Made by a program: the position numbers and the translations under genes. Below the pieces are notes generated by a model, which had not been told where the DNA came from, searched no databases, and saw nothing but the letters and a program-made list of their open reading frames with translations. A stretch of 64,000 bases of DNA from Peptacetobacter sp. GTDB taxonomy: Bacteria; Bacillota; Clostridia; Peptostreptococcales; Peptostreptococcaceae. The DNA lies in the NCBI RefSeq assembly GCF_029264495.1, contig NZ_JARIBH010000007.1, positions 1,636 to 65,635 on the forward strand, written 5' to 3'. How positions within the stretch are numbered: the stretch's first letter is position 1; each line of letters starts with the position of its first letter. Below, piece by piece: positions 10,287 through 22,511 of this stretch.

Positions 10287-10787
10287 ATGGAATTTAAGCC
10301 ATTAGTTTCACTAACTTATGAGTACTTTTTCCAGTTGGCTAATGCAGTCGTAATATTCCTTATACTTAAACATCTATTATTTAAACCTGTTATGGCTATA
10401 ATAAAAGAAAGAGAAAATGATATAGCTATGGATGTACGGGAAGGTAAAAAGATAAAAGAAGAAGGAAAAGTCTTCAAAAAAGAATATGAAGAAAAACTTG
10501 GAAAAGTAGAAGAAGAAGGAAGAAATATAATAAATTCAGCGGTAGAATCTGCAAAAGAAAAATCGTATATGATAAAAGATGAAGCCAAAAAAGATGCTGA
10601 AATAATAAAAGAAAGAGCTAGACGTGAGTTAGAAGAAGAAAGAATCCAAGCTATGAATGATATGAAAGATGAAATGTCAGATCTTGTAATACTTGCAGCA
10701 TCTAAAGTAATAGAAAAAGAAATAGATAAACAAAAACATCAAGAACTGATAAATGAATTTATAGATAAAACAGGTGATATAGTATGA
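10287..10787 (+). CDS. atpF: F0 subunit b
   Basis: N-terminal TM ending LLFKP, long charged coiled coil, position in operon. Confidence 0.92.
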   Translation: MEFKPLVSLTYEYFFQLANAVVIFLILKHLLFKPVMAIIKERENDIAMDVREGKKIKEEGKVFKKEYEEKLGKVEEEGRNIINSAVESAKEKSYMIKDEAKKDAEIIKERARRELEEERIQAMNDMKDEMSDLVILAASKVIEKEIDKQKHQELINEFIDKTGDIV

Positions 10788-11323
10788 TGGATGAATCAAC
10801 TCCAATATATGCTAAAGCTATGTTTGATATAGCAGAAGAAACTGAAACTACAGATTTAATATTAAATCAGTTTTCAGATGTTGTAAAAACAATAAGAGAA
10901 AACAAGGATCTTTCAAATGTATTAAAAACTCCTTTTATAGATAATGATGATAAAAAAGCTATATTAGAAAAAGTCTTTTCGAATGACATAAGTATATATC
11001 TAACAAATTTTTTAAAAGTTTTAATAGACAGAAAAAAAATTAGATACATAGATGAAATACATACAAGATTTATAAAGTTAGTCGATGATAAAAATACTTT
11101 AGAAAAAGGTACAGTTTATAGTGTCGTAAAATTATCTGATTTAGAATTAAAAGAGTTAGAAGCAAAACTTTCTAAGAAATTAAGTAGAGTTATAGAATTA
11201 GAAAATAAAATAGATGAATCTCTAATGGGAGGAGTCTTTATAAAAATTGGAAATAAAGAAATAGACGGTACTGTTAGAAGTAGAATTAAAGGATTGAAAA
11301 AAGAACTGTCTAAAATGATATAA
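10784..11323 (+). CDS. atpH: F1 subunit delta
   Basis: YAKAMF, NFLKVLID, IDESLMGG...DGTVR; overlaps atpF stop by 4 nt. Confidence 0.9.
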   Translation: MMDESTPIYAKAMFDIAEETETTDLILNQFSDVVKTIRENKDLSNVLKTPFIDNDDKKAILEKVFSNDISIYLTNFLKVLIDRKKIRYIDEIHTRFIKLVDDKNTLEKGTVYSVVKLSDLELKELEAKLSKKLSRVIELENKIDESLMGGVFIKIGNKEIDGTVRSRIKGLKKELSKMI

Positions 11324-11341
11324 AGAAATGGCGGTGAGAGT

Positions 11342-12835
11342 ATGGGTTTAAATCCTGAAGAAATAAGCTCGATAATCAGACGGCAAATAAAAGATTATGA
11401 CAATAGAGTTGAATTATCTGACACTGGAAGAATATTCAATGTAGGTGATAATATAGCAAGTATTTACGGACTTGATGATGTAATGGCTGGAGAACTTCTT
11501 GAATTCCCTGGAGAAGTATATGGTATGGCTCTAAATCTAGAAAAAGAAACTGTTGGTGCAGTTCTTCTTGGAGATGAAGACGGTATAAAAGAAGACGATA
11601 TAGTAAAAAGAACAGGTAAGATAGTAGAAGTTCCAGTAGGAGATGCTTTAATAGGAAGAGTTGTAGATCCACTTGGAAATCCAATAGATGGAAGAGGTAG
11701 TATAAAGAGTGATAAAACTAGACCTATAGAAGCAGAAGCTCCTGGAATAATGGATAGAAAATCTGTATATCAGCCACTACAGACTGGAATAAAAGCAATA
11801 GATGCTATGGTTCCTATTGGTAAGGGACAAAGGGAACTTGTAATAGGTGATAAACAAACAGGTAAAACATCTATACTTACTGATACAATATTAAATCAAA
11901 AAGGAAAAGATATAATATGTATATATGTAGCTATAGGACAGAAAAAATCTACAGTTGCACAGTTAGTAAGTTCTCTTAGAGATTATGGTGCGATGGATTA
12001 TACAATAGTAGTGTCTGCAACAGCATCAGAATCAGCACCATTACAGTATTTAGCACCTTATGCAGGTACTGCAATGGGTGAAGAATTTATGTACCAAGGA
12101 AAAGATGTACTTATAATATATGATGATTTAAGTAAACATGCAGTTGCTTATAGAGAAATGTCATTATTATTAAGAAGACCACCAGGTCGTGAAGCATATC
12201 CTGGAGATGTATTCTATCTTCATTCAAGACTTTTAGAAAGATCTGCAAAACTTTCTGATGAACTTGGTGGAGGTTCAATGACAGCAATACCAGTAATAGA
12301 AACACAAGAAGGTGATGTTTCTTCATATATACCAACAAATGTTATATCAATAACAGATGGACAGATTTATCTACAGCCAGAATTATTCCACTCAGGAATA
12401 AGACCAGCAGTTGACCCTGGTATATCAGTTTCTAGGGTTGGTGGTGCAGCTCAGATAAAATCTATGAAAAGATTATCATCAGAATTAAAACTAGCGTATT
12501 CTCAGTATAGAGAATTAGTAGCATTCTCTCAATTTGGATCTGATCTAGATAATGATACTAAAACTAGATTAGAACAAGGAGAAAGAATAGTAGAAATATT
12601 AAAACAGGATGAACATAGACCTCTTCCAGTAGAAGAACAGGTTGTAACAGTTTATTCTGTACTTAATGGATTATTTGATGATGTAGAAATTAAAGAAATA
12701 CATAATTTTGAAAAAGAATTATGCTTCTATATAAGAAAAAATAAACCAAGCATATATGACAAAATTCTTAATGGAGAAGACTATGGAAAAGAACTCACTG
12801 AAGCAGTAAAAAGCTTTAAAAAAGAGGTGAGATAA
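11342..12835 (+). CDS. atpA: F1 subunit alpha
   Basis: GDKQTGKT P-loop, [30 protein letters not shown]. Confidence 0.98.
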   Translation: MGLNPEEISSIIRRQIKDYDNRVELSDTGRIFNVGDNIASIYGLDDVMAGELLEFPGEVYGMALNLEKETVGAVLLGDEDGIKEDDIVKRTGKIVEVPVGDALIGRVVDPLGNPIDGRGSIKSDKTRPIEAEAPGIMDRKSVYQPLQTGIKAIDAMVPIGKGQRELVIGDKQTGKTSILTDTILNQKGKDIICIYVAIGQKKSTVAQLVSSLRDYGAMDYTIVVSATASESAPLQYLAPYAGTAMGEEFMYQGKDVLIIYDDLSKHAVAYREMSLLLRRPPGREAYPGDVFYLHSRLLERSAKLSDELGGGSMTAIPVIETQEGDVSSYIPTNVISITDGQIYLQPELFHSGIRPAVDPGISVSRVGGAAQIKSMKRLSSELKLAYSQYRELVAFSQFGSDLDNDTKTRLEQGERIVEILKQDEHRPLPVEEQVVTVYSVLNGLFDDVEIKEIHNFEKELCFYIRKNKPSIYDKILNGEDYGKELTEAVKSFKKEVR

Positions 12836-13729
12836 ATGTCAGGAGTCGGAACTAAAGAGATAAAAAGAAGAAAAAATAGTATTGAAAATACTAGACAGAT
12901 AACAAGTGCAATGAACCTTGTTTCATCTTCTAAATTAATGAAAGCTAGAGAGAAGGCAGAAAAATCAAAGCCTTATGCATATGCACTATATGATATGATG
13001 ATAAATACTGGTGCAGATGTAAAAACATCTTGTAAAGAATTTGTTGAAAAAAGAGAAGTTAAGAAAAGATGCTTTATAGCTGTAGCTGGAGATAGAGGTC
13101 TTGCTGGTGGATATAATGTAAATATATTTAAATCAGTTATGGAACTTCGGGATAGCGATAAAGATATGGTTGTTCCTGTTGGGAAAAAAGCATGTGAATA
13201 TTTTACAAAAAAAGGATTTGAAATTCCTTATAAGATAGAAAGCACAGAACACTGTGTTTTTGAAGAAATGTATGATATAACACAAAATTTAATAAAGCTT
13301 TATGAAGATAAAGAAATAGATGAGATATACTTTATATATACAAAATTTAGATCTGCTCTTATACAGACAGTAAGATTTAAAAGATTATTTCCAATAGAAC
13401 TTGAAATGCTAAAGAAAGATGAAAAAAAATCAGAAGAAAGTAGTCGAAAAAAAGAAGTTAAAAAAGTTGAACCTAGAAGACAGTATCTTCCGTCTGCAGA
13501 AGCACTTTTCAAAAGACTTATTTCTGAATATACAGCATCTCAAGTATATAATGGAATAAGAGAATCTTTCGCATCTGAACAAGCTTCTAGAAGAAATGCA
13601 ATGCAGTCTGCAACTGAGAGTGCAGATGATATGTTAAATAAACTGGAAGCAGAATACAACAGAGCTAGACAGTCATCTATAACACGGGAAATAACAGAAA
13701 TAGCCGGTGGGGCAGAGGCTCTGAAGTAA
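12836..13729 (+). CDS. atpG: F1 subunit gamma
   Basis: QITSAM, GDRGLAG, SEQASRRNAM, NRARQSSITREITEI. Confidence 0.96.
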   Translation: MSGVGTKEIKRRKNSIENTRQITSAMNLVSSSKLMKAREKAEKSKPYAYALYDMMINTGADVKTSCKEFVEKREVKKRCFIAVAGDRGLAGGYNVNIFKSVMELRDSDKDMVVPVGKKACEYFTKKGFEIPYKIESTEHCVFEEMYDITQNLIKLYEDKEIDEIYFIYTKFRSALIQTVRFKRLFPIELEMLKKDEKKSEESSRKKEVKKVEPRRQYLPSAEALFKRLISEYTASQVYNGIRESFASEQASRRNAMQSATESADDMLNKLEAEYNRARQSSITREITEIAGGAEALK

Positions 13730-15139
<1,410 letters not shown>

Positions 15140-15169
15140 TATATCTACTTAGTAAAGGTAGGTGGAATA

Positions 15170-15433
15170 ATGGAAAACTCATTAAAACTTAAGATAATTA
15201 CACCTAATAGTATATTTTTTGATGGAGAAGTAGAATCTGTAATTGTAAGAACTACAGGTGGTGAAAGACAAATATTAAGAAATAGACGACCATTCTCTTC
15301 TGAAGTAGAAAAGGGAATTATCAAAGTTAAACTTGAAAATAAAATAGAATTAATTCATTCAGATGGTGGATTTATAACTTCAGAATACGAAAATGTAACA
15401 ATACTTACAAAATCAGCTGAATGGGAAAAATAA
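15170..15433 (+). CDS. atpC: F1 subunit epsilon, short form (N-terminal beta-sandwich only)
   Basis: LKIITP..FFDGEVESV...GGF...VTIL; 87 aa, stops where the C-terminal helical hairpin would begin. Confidence 0.85.
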   Translation: MENSLKLKIITPNSIFFDGEVESVIVRTTGGERQILRNRRPFSSEVEKGIIKVKLENKIELIHSDGGFITSEYENVTILTKSAEWEK

Positions 15434-15436
15434 TAC

Positions 15437-15500
15437 AAAAATAAACCAGTATAGAATATTTTTTTTAATAAAAAAAGATATACGCTGGTTTATTTTTTTT
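15437..15500 (+). terminator. Terminator of atp operon
   Basis: aaaataaaccag / ctggtttatttt stem followed by a long T run. Confidence 0.75.
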
Positions 15501-15600
15501 TAGTAGGTAAATAGCATTATAATATTAAAAAAAGTAGTCAAAACGAGTAATACCAATGCTTATTACATATTGTATACTTGGTGAAAAAATAACAAATAGC

Positions 15601-15657
15601 TTGATTATTTCGTAAAAATTGTTATATAATAAAGAAGTAGTGAATTTTCTAAACAAT
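15601..15657 (+). promoter_or_regulatory. sigmaA promoter and possible CodY box for the peptide transporter
   Basis: TTGATT-18bp-TATAAT (15601-15630); AATTTTCTAAACAAT at 15643-15657 has 3 mismatches to AATTTTCWGAAAATT. Confidence 0.4.
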
Positions 15658-15734
15658 TTATATATTTTAAAGATAGAGAATTTACTAAGACAAAAGCAAA
15701 GCTTTTATAAAAATAAATATAGGAGGATTTCGAA

Positions 15735-17114
15735 ATGGGAAATAGTTCAGTAAAACACCCTAAAGGGTTATACGCATGTGGAATAACATTCACTTGTGAA
15801 AGATTCGCTTACTACGGATCAAAATCGCTATTATTATTATTCTTAGCTACAACTGTTGCTCAAGGTGGATTAGGTGTAAATGCTGCTGATGCTGCTGTAA
15901 TCGGTGCAAACTTAATGGCATTCACTTACTTAGCACCAGTTATAGGTGGAGTTATATCAGACAGATGGTTAGGAGCTAGATATTGTGTTGTTATAGGTGC
16001 TCTTATAATGGCAGCAGGATGGATGATAGGATATTTTGCTACATCTGTAATGCATGTACATGCTTTAATCATAGTAGTTTCTATAGGAACTGGTTTATTC
16101 AAAGGTCAGTTAAACGCATTAGTTGGGGAATTATACGATGATAATAACCAAAAAGACTCTGCGTTCTCTATATTATATTCATTTGTAAATGTTGGTTCAT
16201 TCTTTGGATCATTAATATTAGGATTCTTATATGCTAATACTTTTGCAAAACAAGTTGATGGTCAATTAGTATTCGGATTTAAACAGTGCTTCGGTATATC
16301 TGGAATAATGATGATCGTTTGTGCTATAGTATTCGTACTAGGTTGGAAAGTATTAGGAGATGCTGGTAAATTACCTCAGAAAATGCTTCATCACAGTGAT
16401 GAAGGTGGTGAAAAAGTTGTTTCTGCAGAACAGGCAAATAGACCTTTAACAACTGCAGAAAAAAGAAGAGTTATAGCAATAGTTATAATATCTGCTTTCA
16501 CTATAATATTCTGGACAGCTTACTATCAGGCTTCTACTTCAGTTCTTCTTTACATGAACACTTATGTAAATATGAATGTTGGTAGCTTCCCAGTACCACC
16601 AGTATGGATAGAAACAACTCTTAACGGTTTACTATGTATAATACTTGGACCTGTTATGGCTGCTATATGGACTAAATTATCTAATAGACCACAAGGTGAC
16701 TTAACAATGATACAGAAAGTTTCTTTAGGATTCATATTCCTAGGTGTAGCATTCGTATTCATGGTTGGTGCAGAATTCACAAGAGGAATTGGTGCTCCAG
16801 AAACAGCTAAAGCTTCAGTTATGTGGTTAATAGGATTCACAGTATTCCAGACAATAGGTGAAATGTGCTTCTCTCCACTAGGAAACTCAATGGTTTCTAA
16901 ACATGCTCCAGCTAAATACTTAACAGTATTAATGGGTGTTTGGACATTAGCAACATTCTTCGCATCAAAAGCTTCTGGATATGTTCAGGGTATAATGGAC
17001 AAAATGGGTATGATGCAGGTATTCATAGCTATACCAGTTACTTTAATAGTATCAGCTGTAATACTTCTTGTATTCGATAAAAAACTTGAAGCAATGCTTA
17101 CTTCAAGAGACTAA
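15735..17114 (+). CDS. POT/PTR-family peptide MFS transporter
   Basis: HPKGL, ERFAYYG, GGVISDRWLG, GTGLFK, YSFVNVGS, GEMCFSP motifs. Confidence 0.92.
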   Translation: MGNSSVKHPKGLYACGITFTCERFAYYGSKSLLLLFLATTVAQGGLGVNAADAAVIGANLMAFTYLAPVIGGVISDRWLGARYCVVIGALIMAAGWMIGYFATSVMHVHALIIVVSIGTGLFKGQLNALVGELYDDNNQKDSAFSILYSFVNVGSFFGSLILGFLYANTFAKQVDGQLVFGFKQCFGISGIMMIVCAIVFVLGWKVLGDAGKLPQKMLHHSDEGGEKVVSAEQANRPLTTAEKRRVIAIVIISAFTIIFWTAYYQASTSVLLYMNTYVNMNVGSFPVPPVWIETTLNGLLCIILGPVMAAIWTKLSNRPQGDLTMIQKVSLGFIFLGVAFVFMVGAEFTRGIGAPETAKASVMWLIGFTVFQTIGEMCFSPLGNSMVSKHAPAKYLTVLMGVWTLATFFASKASGYVQGIMDKMGMMQVFIAIPVTLIVSAVILLVFDKKLEAMLTSRD

Positions 17115-17153
17115 TACAAACTTATTGAGATTAAAATTAAAGTTTATATAATT

Positions 17154-17189
17154 AAAACTGCCACGTATAAAATATGTGGCAGTTTTTTT
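17154..17189. terminator. Bidirectional terminator between POT transporter and gntR
   Basis: aaaactgccacgtat / atatgtggcagtttt stem between convergent genes. Confidence 0.85.
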
Positions 17190-17220
17190 ATAAAAAAATA
17201 GTACTTACAAAAAGTAAATA

Positions 17221-17970
17221 CTATTCATTGATATTATTAAATATGTTTAAATGCATTTTAAAAATATTTAAAGGAATATAATATTTTGTAACGATAATTA
17301 TATCACCATTCCCATCATAAAGACTTTCCATTACTAAAATAAACCTTTCATCATCAGAAAGTTCATATTTTATAGCAGTAAAATTACCTGTAGTAGTATG
17401 GCTAAATTCAAAAGTTGATTTTGAAGCTATAGAATAAACTCCATTTTCTAAAAAATCTTTTAAATTCTCAATATAATTTAAATCAATATTATTTTTAGAA
17501 ATTGTTTCAATAGGAATGAAACTAAGAGAATATCCTTTTGTCACATTTTCAGATTTATACCATCTATCAGATATAACAACTGCTGCTGATTTATGGCCTA
17601 AAATAGTAGAAATAGCATCTGTTGGAGGCTCTATTCTAAATTCTATTTCTATATCATCAATTTTTTCACTACAACAAGAATAAAAAGGTTGTTCAATTTT
17701 TTCTATACTAAAAGCATTACTCTTATTTTCAGATTCCTTAATATAATTTCCTTTTCCTTGTATATTAGATATAAGTCCATCTTCTTGTAAAAGAGCAAGA
17801 GCTCTTCTAAGAGTCATTCTACTAACTCCCATTTGTTCTGCAAGTGTTGGTTCTGATGGAAGTTTAGAACCTACAGGATAAAAGCCTTCTTGAATCTTTT
17901 TGAATAATTGATCGTATACTTTTACATGTTTTAATTTTTTTTCTTTTTCAGATGAAATCTCTGTTATCAT
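17221..17970 (-). CDS. GntR-family regulator (HutC-type, UTRA-like C-domain)
   Basis: KLPSEPTLAEQMGVSRMTLRRAL...QGKGNYI wHTH; about 250 aa; divergent from udp. Confidence 0.9.
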   Translation of the reverse strand: MITEISSEKEKKLKHVKVYDQLFKKIQEGFYPVGSKLPSEPTLAEQMGVSRMTLRRALALLQEDGLISNIQGKGNYIKESENKSNAFSIEKIEQPFYSCCSEKIDDIEIEFRIEPPTDAISTILGHKSAAVVISDRWYKSENVTKGYSLSFIPIETISKNNIDLNYIENLKDFLENGVYSIASKSTFEFSHTTTGNFTAIKYELSDDERFILVMESLYDGNGDIIIVTKYYIPLNIFKMHLNIFNNINE

Positions 17971-17990
17971 AATTCCTCTCCTAATCTAAA

Positions 17991-18222
17991 TTATACAAGT
18001 CGTATTATAAGTCTAAGAAAAGTTATTGTCAACACAATAAGAAAAAGCAAAATAAGATTCAAAACAATATTTAAAAGAAATTAGACAATTATAATACTTG
18101 TCTAAAAAAATTACTAATTTTTATTGAAAAAGTTAATAAAAAACGATTTTTAGTAAAAAAATAAGTGAAAAAAATCGAGAAAACGTATTGCAGATTAGAC
18201 AAGTATATGATATTATACAAGT
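17991..18222. promoter_or_regulatory. udp promoter and repeated TTA(G/T)ACAAGT operator sites
   Basis: Motif copies at 17991(+), 18081(+, one mismatch), 18096(-), 18195(+), 18213(+). Promoter TTGCAG(18188)-17bp-TATTAT(18211) with TG extension. cre-like GAGAAAACGTATTGCA at 18177-18192. Confidence 0.65.
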
Positions 18223-18290
18223 GAAAGAAATACATAACATAAAAATACAAATTAATATACAACTAAAACAATAAAAAGGAGATAAGAATT

Positions 18291-19076
18291 ATGCAAAATT
18301 ATTCAGGAGAAGTAGGTTTACAATATCATTTACAAATAAGACCAGGAGATGTTGGACGTTATGTTATACTTCCAGGAGATCCAAAAAGATGTGAAAAAAT
18401 AGCAAAATATTTTGATAATCCAGTATTAGTTGCTGATAGTAGAGAATATATAACATATACAGGTTATCTAGATGGTGAAAAGGTTAGTGTTACGTCAACA
18501 GGAATAGGAGGACCTTCAGCATCAATAGCTATGGAAGAACTTGTTCTTTGTGGAGCAGATACATTTATAAGAGTTGGAACATGTGGCGGAATAGATATAG
18601 ATGTAAAAGGTGGAGATATAGTAGTTGCTACAGGTGCAATAAGAATGGAAGGAACTTCTAGAGAATACGCTCCAATAGAATTCCCAGCTGTTGCAGATTT
18701 AGATGTAACAAATGCATTAGTTACAGCTTCAAAAAGTTTAGGATATACATATCATACAGGTGTTGTTCAATGTAAAGATGCTTTCTATGGACAACATGAG
18801 CCAGAAAGAATGCCAGTTAGTTATGAGCTTTTAAATAAATGGGAAGCATGGAAAAGATTAGGATGTAAAGCATCAGAAATGGAATCAGCAGCATTATTTA
18901 TAGCAGCTAGTCATTTAGGTGTTCGTTGTGGATCTAACTTCCTAGTTGTAGGAAATCAGGAAAGAAATGCAGCTGGATTAGAAAATCCAATAGTTCATGA
19001 TACAGATAGTGCTATAAAAGTTGGGATAGAAGCATTAAGAGTATTAATAAAAGAAGATAAAGAAAAAAATAAATAA
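18291..19076 (+). CDS. udp: Uridine phosphorylase
   Basis: [32 protein letters not shown]; PNP/UDP family. Confidence 0.9.
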   Translation: MQNYSGEVGLQYHLQIRPGDVGRYVILPGDPKRCEKIAKYFDNPVLVADSREYITYTGYLDGEKVSVTSTGIGGPSASIAMEELVLCGADTFIRVGTCGGIDIDVKGGDIVVATGAIRMEGTSREYAPIEFPAVADLDVTNALVTASKSLGYTYHTGVVQCKDAFYGQHEPERMPVSYELLNKWEAWKRLGCKASEMESAALFIAASHLGVRCGSNFLVVGNQERNAAGLENPIVHDTDSAIKVGIEALRVLIKEDKEKNK

Positions 19077-19108
19077 ACTGATTTTCAGTAAATAAAGGAG
19101 AGAAATTT

Positions 19109-20311
19109 ATGAAGGCGATATTGAATTTACTGGGAATAGTTGTAGTATTAGGAATACTTTGGTTAATCTCATGGAAAAGAAAAGATGTATCATTCAAAAT
19201 GCTTATAAAAGGTGTTATAGCACAATTTGTTATAGCTTTAATATTAGTAAAAGTTCCAGCAGGAAGAATGGTAGTTTCAAAAATATCAGATGTAGTTACA
19301 GGTGTTATAAACTGTGGTTCTAATGGTCTTTCATTTGTATTTGGATCATTAGCGGATAGTTCGGCATCTACAGGAATGATATTTGCTATACAGGTATTAG
19401 GGAATATAGTATTTTTATCAGCACTTGTAAGTTTACTTTATTATATAGGAGTACTTAATTTTGTAGTAAAATGGATAGGAAAAGCAGTAGGTTGGATAAT
19501 GGGAAGTTCAGAAGTTGAAACTTTCGTAGCAGTTGCTAATATGTTTTTAGGACAGACAGATAGTCCAATATTAATAAGTAAATATCTAAATAAAATGACA
19601 GATAGTGAAATAATGGTTGTTTTAGTTTCAGGAATGGGAAGTATGTCTGTTTCAATACTTGGAGGATATACAGCACTTGGAATACCAATGGAATACTTAT
19701 TAATAGCAAGCGCATTAGTTCCAATAGGAAGTATAATGATTTCAAAGATAATATTACCTCAGACAGAAACAGTAAATGAAGTAGAAGATATACAGATGGA
19801 TAATAAAGGAAATAATGCCAATGTTATCGAAGCTATATCTGAAGGTGCTGTTACAGGTATGCAGATGGCACTATCTATGGGAGCTTCATTAATAGCAATG
19901 GTAGCATTAGTAGCTTTAATAAATAAAGCATTAGGATTTATGGGAATAAGTTTAGAACAAGTATTCTCATATGTATTTGCACCATTTGGAGCACTTATGG
20001 GATTAGATCCTTCTGAAATATTACTAGAAGGTAGACTTTTAGGAAGCAAATTAGTAATAAATGAATTTATAGCATTTGAACAATTAGGAGGAATAATATC
20101 AAATATGGATCCTAGAACAGCTATAATGGCAACAATATCACTTTGTGGATTTGCTAACTTCTCAAGTTTAGGTATATGTGTATCAGGAATAGGTATACTT
20201 TGCCCAGAAAAAAAGGGAACACTTGCAAGATTAGTGTTTAGAGCAATGATAGGTGGAGTTGCAGTAAGTTTATTAAGTGCTATGATAGTAGGATTTATAA
20301 TGTTATTCTAG
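19109..20311 (+). CDS. nupC: NupC/CNT nucleoside transporter
   Basis: FVFG, NMFLGQT, NEFIAF, LCGFANFSSLGI motifs. Confidence 0.93.
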   Translation: MKAILNLLGIVVVLGILWLISWKRKDVSFKMLIKGVIAQFVIALILVKVPAGRMVVSKISDVVTGVINCGSNGLSFVFGSLADSSASTGMIFAIQVLGNIVFLSALVSLLYYIGVLNFVVKWIGKAVGWIMGSSEVETFVAVANMFLGQTDSPILISKYLNKMTDSEIMVVLVSGMGSMSVSILGGYTALGIPMEYLLIASALVPIGSIMISKIILPQTETVNEVEDIQMDNKGNNANVIEAISEGAVTGMQMALSMGASLIAMVALVALINKALGFMGISLEQVFSYVFAPFGALMGLDPSEILLEGRLLGSKLVINEFIAFEQLGGIISNMDPRTAIMATISLCGFANFSSLGICVSGIGILCPEKKGTLARLVFRAMIGGVAVSLLSAMIVGFIMLF

Positions 20312-20359
20312 TATAGAAAATAGAGTATAATATAAATAAAAAAGAAGGAGTGAATATAA

Positions 20360-21544
20360 ATGAGTAAATATAAACGTATATTTGTCGTTGTTGTAGATTC
20401 ACTTGGTATAGGGGAAATGGCCGATGCAGGAGATTATGGAGATAATGGTGCAGATACTTTAGGTCATATAGTAGAACATAGAAAGATAAATATACCAAAT
20501 CTTCATAAACTTGGAATAGCCAATTTAAAAGATTTAAAAGGATTTGAGCCAATAGAAAATCCGATGGGAAGATATATGGCCTTAAATGAAAAAAGTATAG
20601 GTAAGGATACTATGACTGGGCATTGGGAAATGATGGGATTAAATGTAAAAACTCCATTTAAAACATTTACAGACACAGGATTTCCTGAAGAACTTATACA
20701 AGAATTAGAAAAAAGATGTGGTAGAAAAATAATAGGAAATAAAAGTGCAAGTGGAACAGCTATCATAGAAGAACTTGCAGAAGAAGAAATAGAAAAAGGA
20801 CATTTAATAGTTTATACATCAGCAGATTCTGTTTTACAGATTTGTGGTAATGAAGAAACTATGGGCCTTGAAAATTTATATAAATATTGTGAAATTGCAA
20901 GAGAACTTACATTAAAAGATGAATGGAAAGTTGGGAGAGTAATAGCTAGACCATACACAGGAATGAAAAAAGGTGAGTTTAAAAGAACTTCAAATAGACA
21001 TGACTATGCACTAAAACCTTTTGGAAAGACAGTTTTAAATGAACTTAAAGATAACGGATTTGATGTAATATCTGTTGGAAAAATAAATGATATATTTGAT
21101 GGAGAAGGTATAACAGAATCAAATCGCTCAAAATCATCAGTACATGGTATGGAACAGACAATTGAAATTTCTAATAGAGATTTTAATGGATTATGCTTCG
21201 TAAACTTAGTAGATTTTGATGCACTATGGGGACATAGAAGAAATCCACAAGGATATGGAGAAGAAATAGAAAGATTTGATGAAAAATTAGGAGAATTAAT
21301 GGGACACTTAAATAAAGAAGATTTATTGATAATAACAGCAGACCATGGAAATGATCCTACTTTTAAAGGAACTGATCACACTAGAGAGAGAGTACCATTT
21401 ATATCTTATTCACCATCATTTGAAAAAGGTGGAAAAATAGAAGATACTGATACATTTGCAGTTATTGGAGCAACAATAGCAGATAACTTCAATTTAAAAA
21501 TGCCTGAAAATACTATTGGATATTCAGTATTAGAGAATCTTTAG
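20360..21544 (+). CDS. deoB: Phosphopentomutase
   Basis: [39 protein letters not shown]...HTRE. Confidence 0.97.
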   Translation: MSKYKRIFVVVVDSLGIGEMADAGDYGDNGADTLGHIVEHRKINIPNLHKLGIANLKDLKGFEPIENPMGRYMALNEKSIGKDTMTGHWEMMGLNVKTPFKTFTDTGFPEELIQELEKRCGRKIIGNKSASGTAIIEELAEEEIEKGHLIVYTSADSVLQICGNEETMGLENLYKYCEIARELTLKDEWKVGRVIARPYTGMKKGEFKRTSNRHDYALKPFGKTVLNELKDNGFDVISVGKINDIFDGEGITESNRSKSSVHGMEQTIEISNRDFNGLCFVNLVDFDALWGHRRNPQGYGEEIERFDEKLGELMGHLNKEDLLIITADHGNDPTFKGTDHTRERVPFISYSPSFEKGGKIEDTDTFAVIGATIADNFNLKMPENTIGYSVLENL

Positions 21545-21578
21545 AAATCTTAATAAAAAATAAAAAGGAGATTTTAAA

Positions 21579-22214
21579 ATGGAACAGAGTAAAATAATAA
21601 AAATAGTAGACCATACATTATTAAAACAGACATCTACATGGGAACAGATAAAACAATTATGTGATGAAGGAATGAAAAGAGATGCAGCATCTGTATGTAT
21701 ACCACCATATTTTGTAAAAGCAGCAAGAGAGTATACTGAAGGTAAATTACCAATATGTACAGTAATAGGTTTCCCAAATGGAAATATGACAACAGCAGTA
21801 AAAGTATTTGAAACAGCAGATGCAGTAAAAAATGGTGCAGATGAAATAGATATGGTAATAAACATAGGACTAGTAAAAGAAGGAAAATACGATGAAGTTC
21901 TAAAAGAAATAAATGAAATAAAAGAAGCATGTGATGGTAAATTATTAAAAGTAATAATAGAAACATGTTTACTAACAGAAGAAGAAAAAATAAAAATGTG
22001 TGAAGTAGTAACAAAATCAAATGCTGAATATATAAAAACATCAACAGGATTTTCAACAGGAGGAGCTACAATAGAAGATGTAAAACTAATGAAAGAAAAT
22101 TGTGGTCCTAATTTAAAAATAAAAGCAGCAGGTGGAATAAAAACATTTGAAGATGCGGAAGAATTTATAAAAGCTGGTGCAGATAGACTTGGAACTAGTA
22201 GATTAGTAAAATAA
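21579..22214 (+). CDS. deoC: Deoxyribose-phosphate aldolase
   Basis: VDHTLL, GADEIDMVIN, LKVIIET, Schiff-base KTSTGF, KAAGGI. Confidence 0.97.
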   Translation: MEQSKIIKIVDHTLLKQTSTWEQIKQLCDEGMKRDAASVCIPPYFVKAAREYTEGKLPICTVIGFPNGNMTTAVKVFETADAVKNGADEIDMVINIGLVKEGKYDEVLKEINEIKEACDGKLLKVIIETCLLTEEEKIKMCEVVTKSNAEYIKTSTGFSTGGATIEDVKLMKENCGPNLKIKAAGGIKTFEDAEEFIKAGADRLGTSRLVK

Positions 22215-22281
22215 TAAATTTATAAAAAATAAAATATAAATTGGTAGTAATAAAGTTAACCTTATATAAATATATTAAATG

Positions 22282-22327
22282 AATAAAAAAATGAGATTTC
22301 TATTAAATGAAATCTCATTTTTTTATT
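22282..22327 (+). terminator. Terminator of udp-deoC operon
   Basis: Perfect 19-bp stem aataaaaaaatgagatttc / gaaatctcatttttttatt. Confidence 0.85.
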
Positions 22328-22511
22328 ATTGAAAAGTTAAATTATTATAATAATTATTAAATAGAATCTAAAAAATTAAATTAGTTTCTAATTATACTAC
22401 ATTTAAATAAAAATTGTAGTATAATTATAGCTATAAAGATGAATATAATAAAAGATAAATCTAAATTAAAAGGTTATATTTAAATTATATGAAATATGAC
22501 TATAACAAGGA

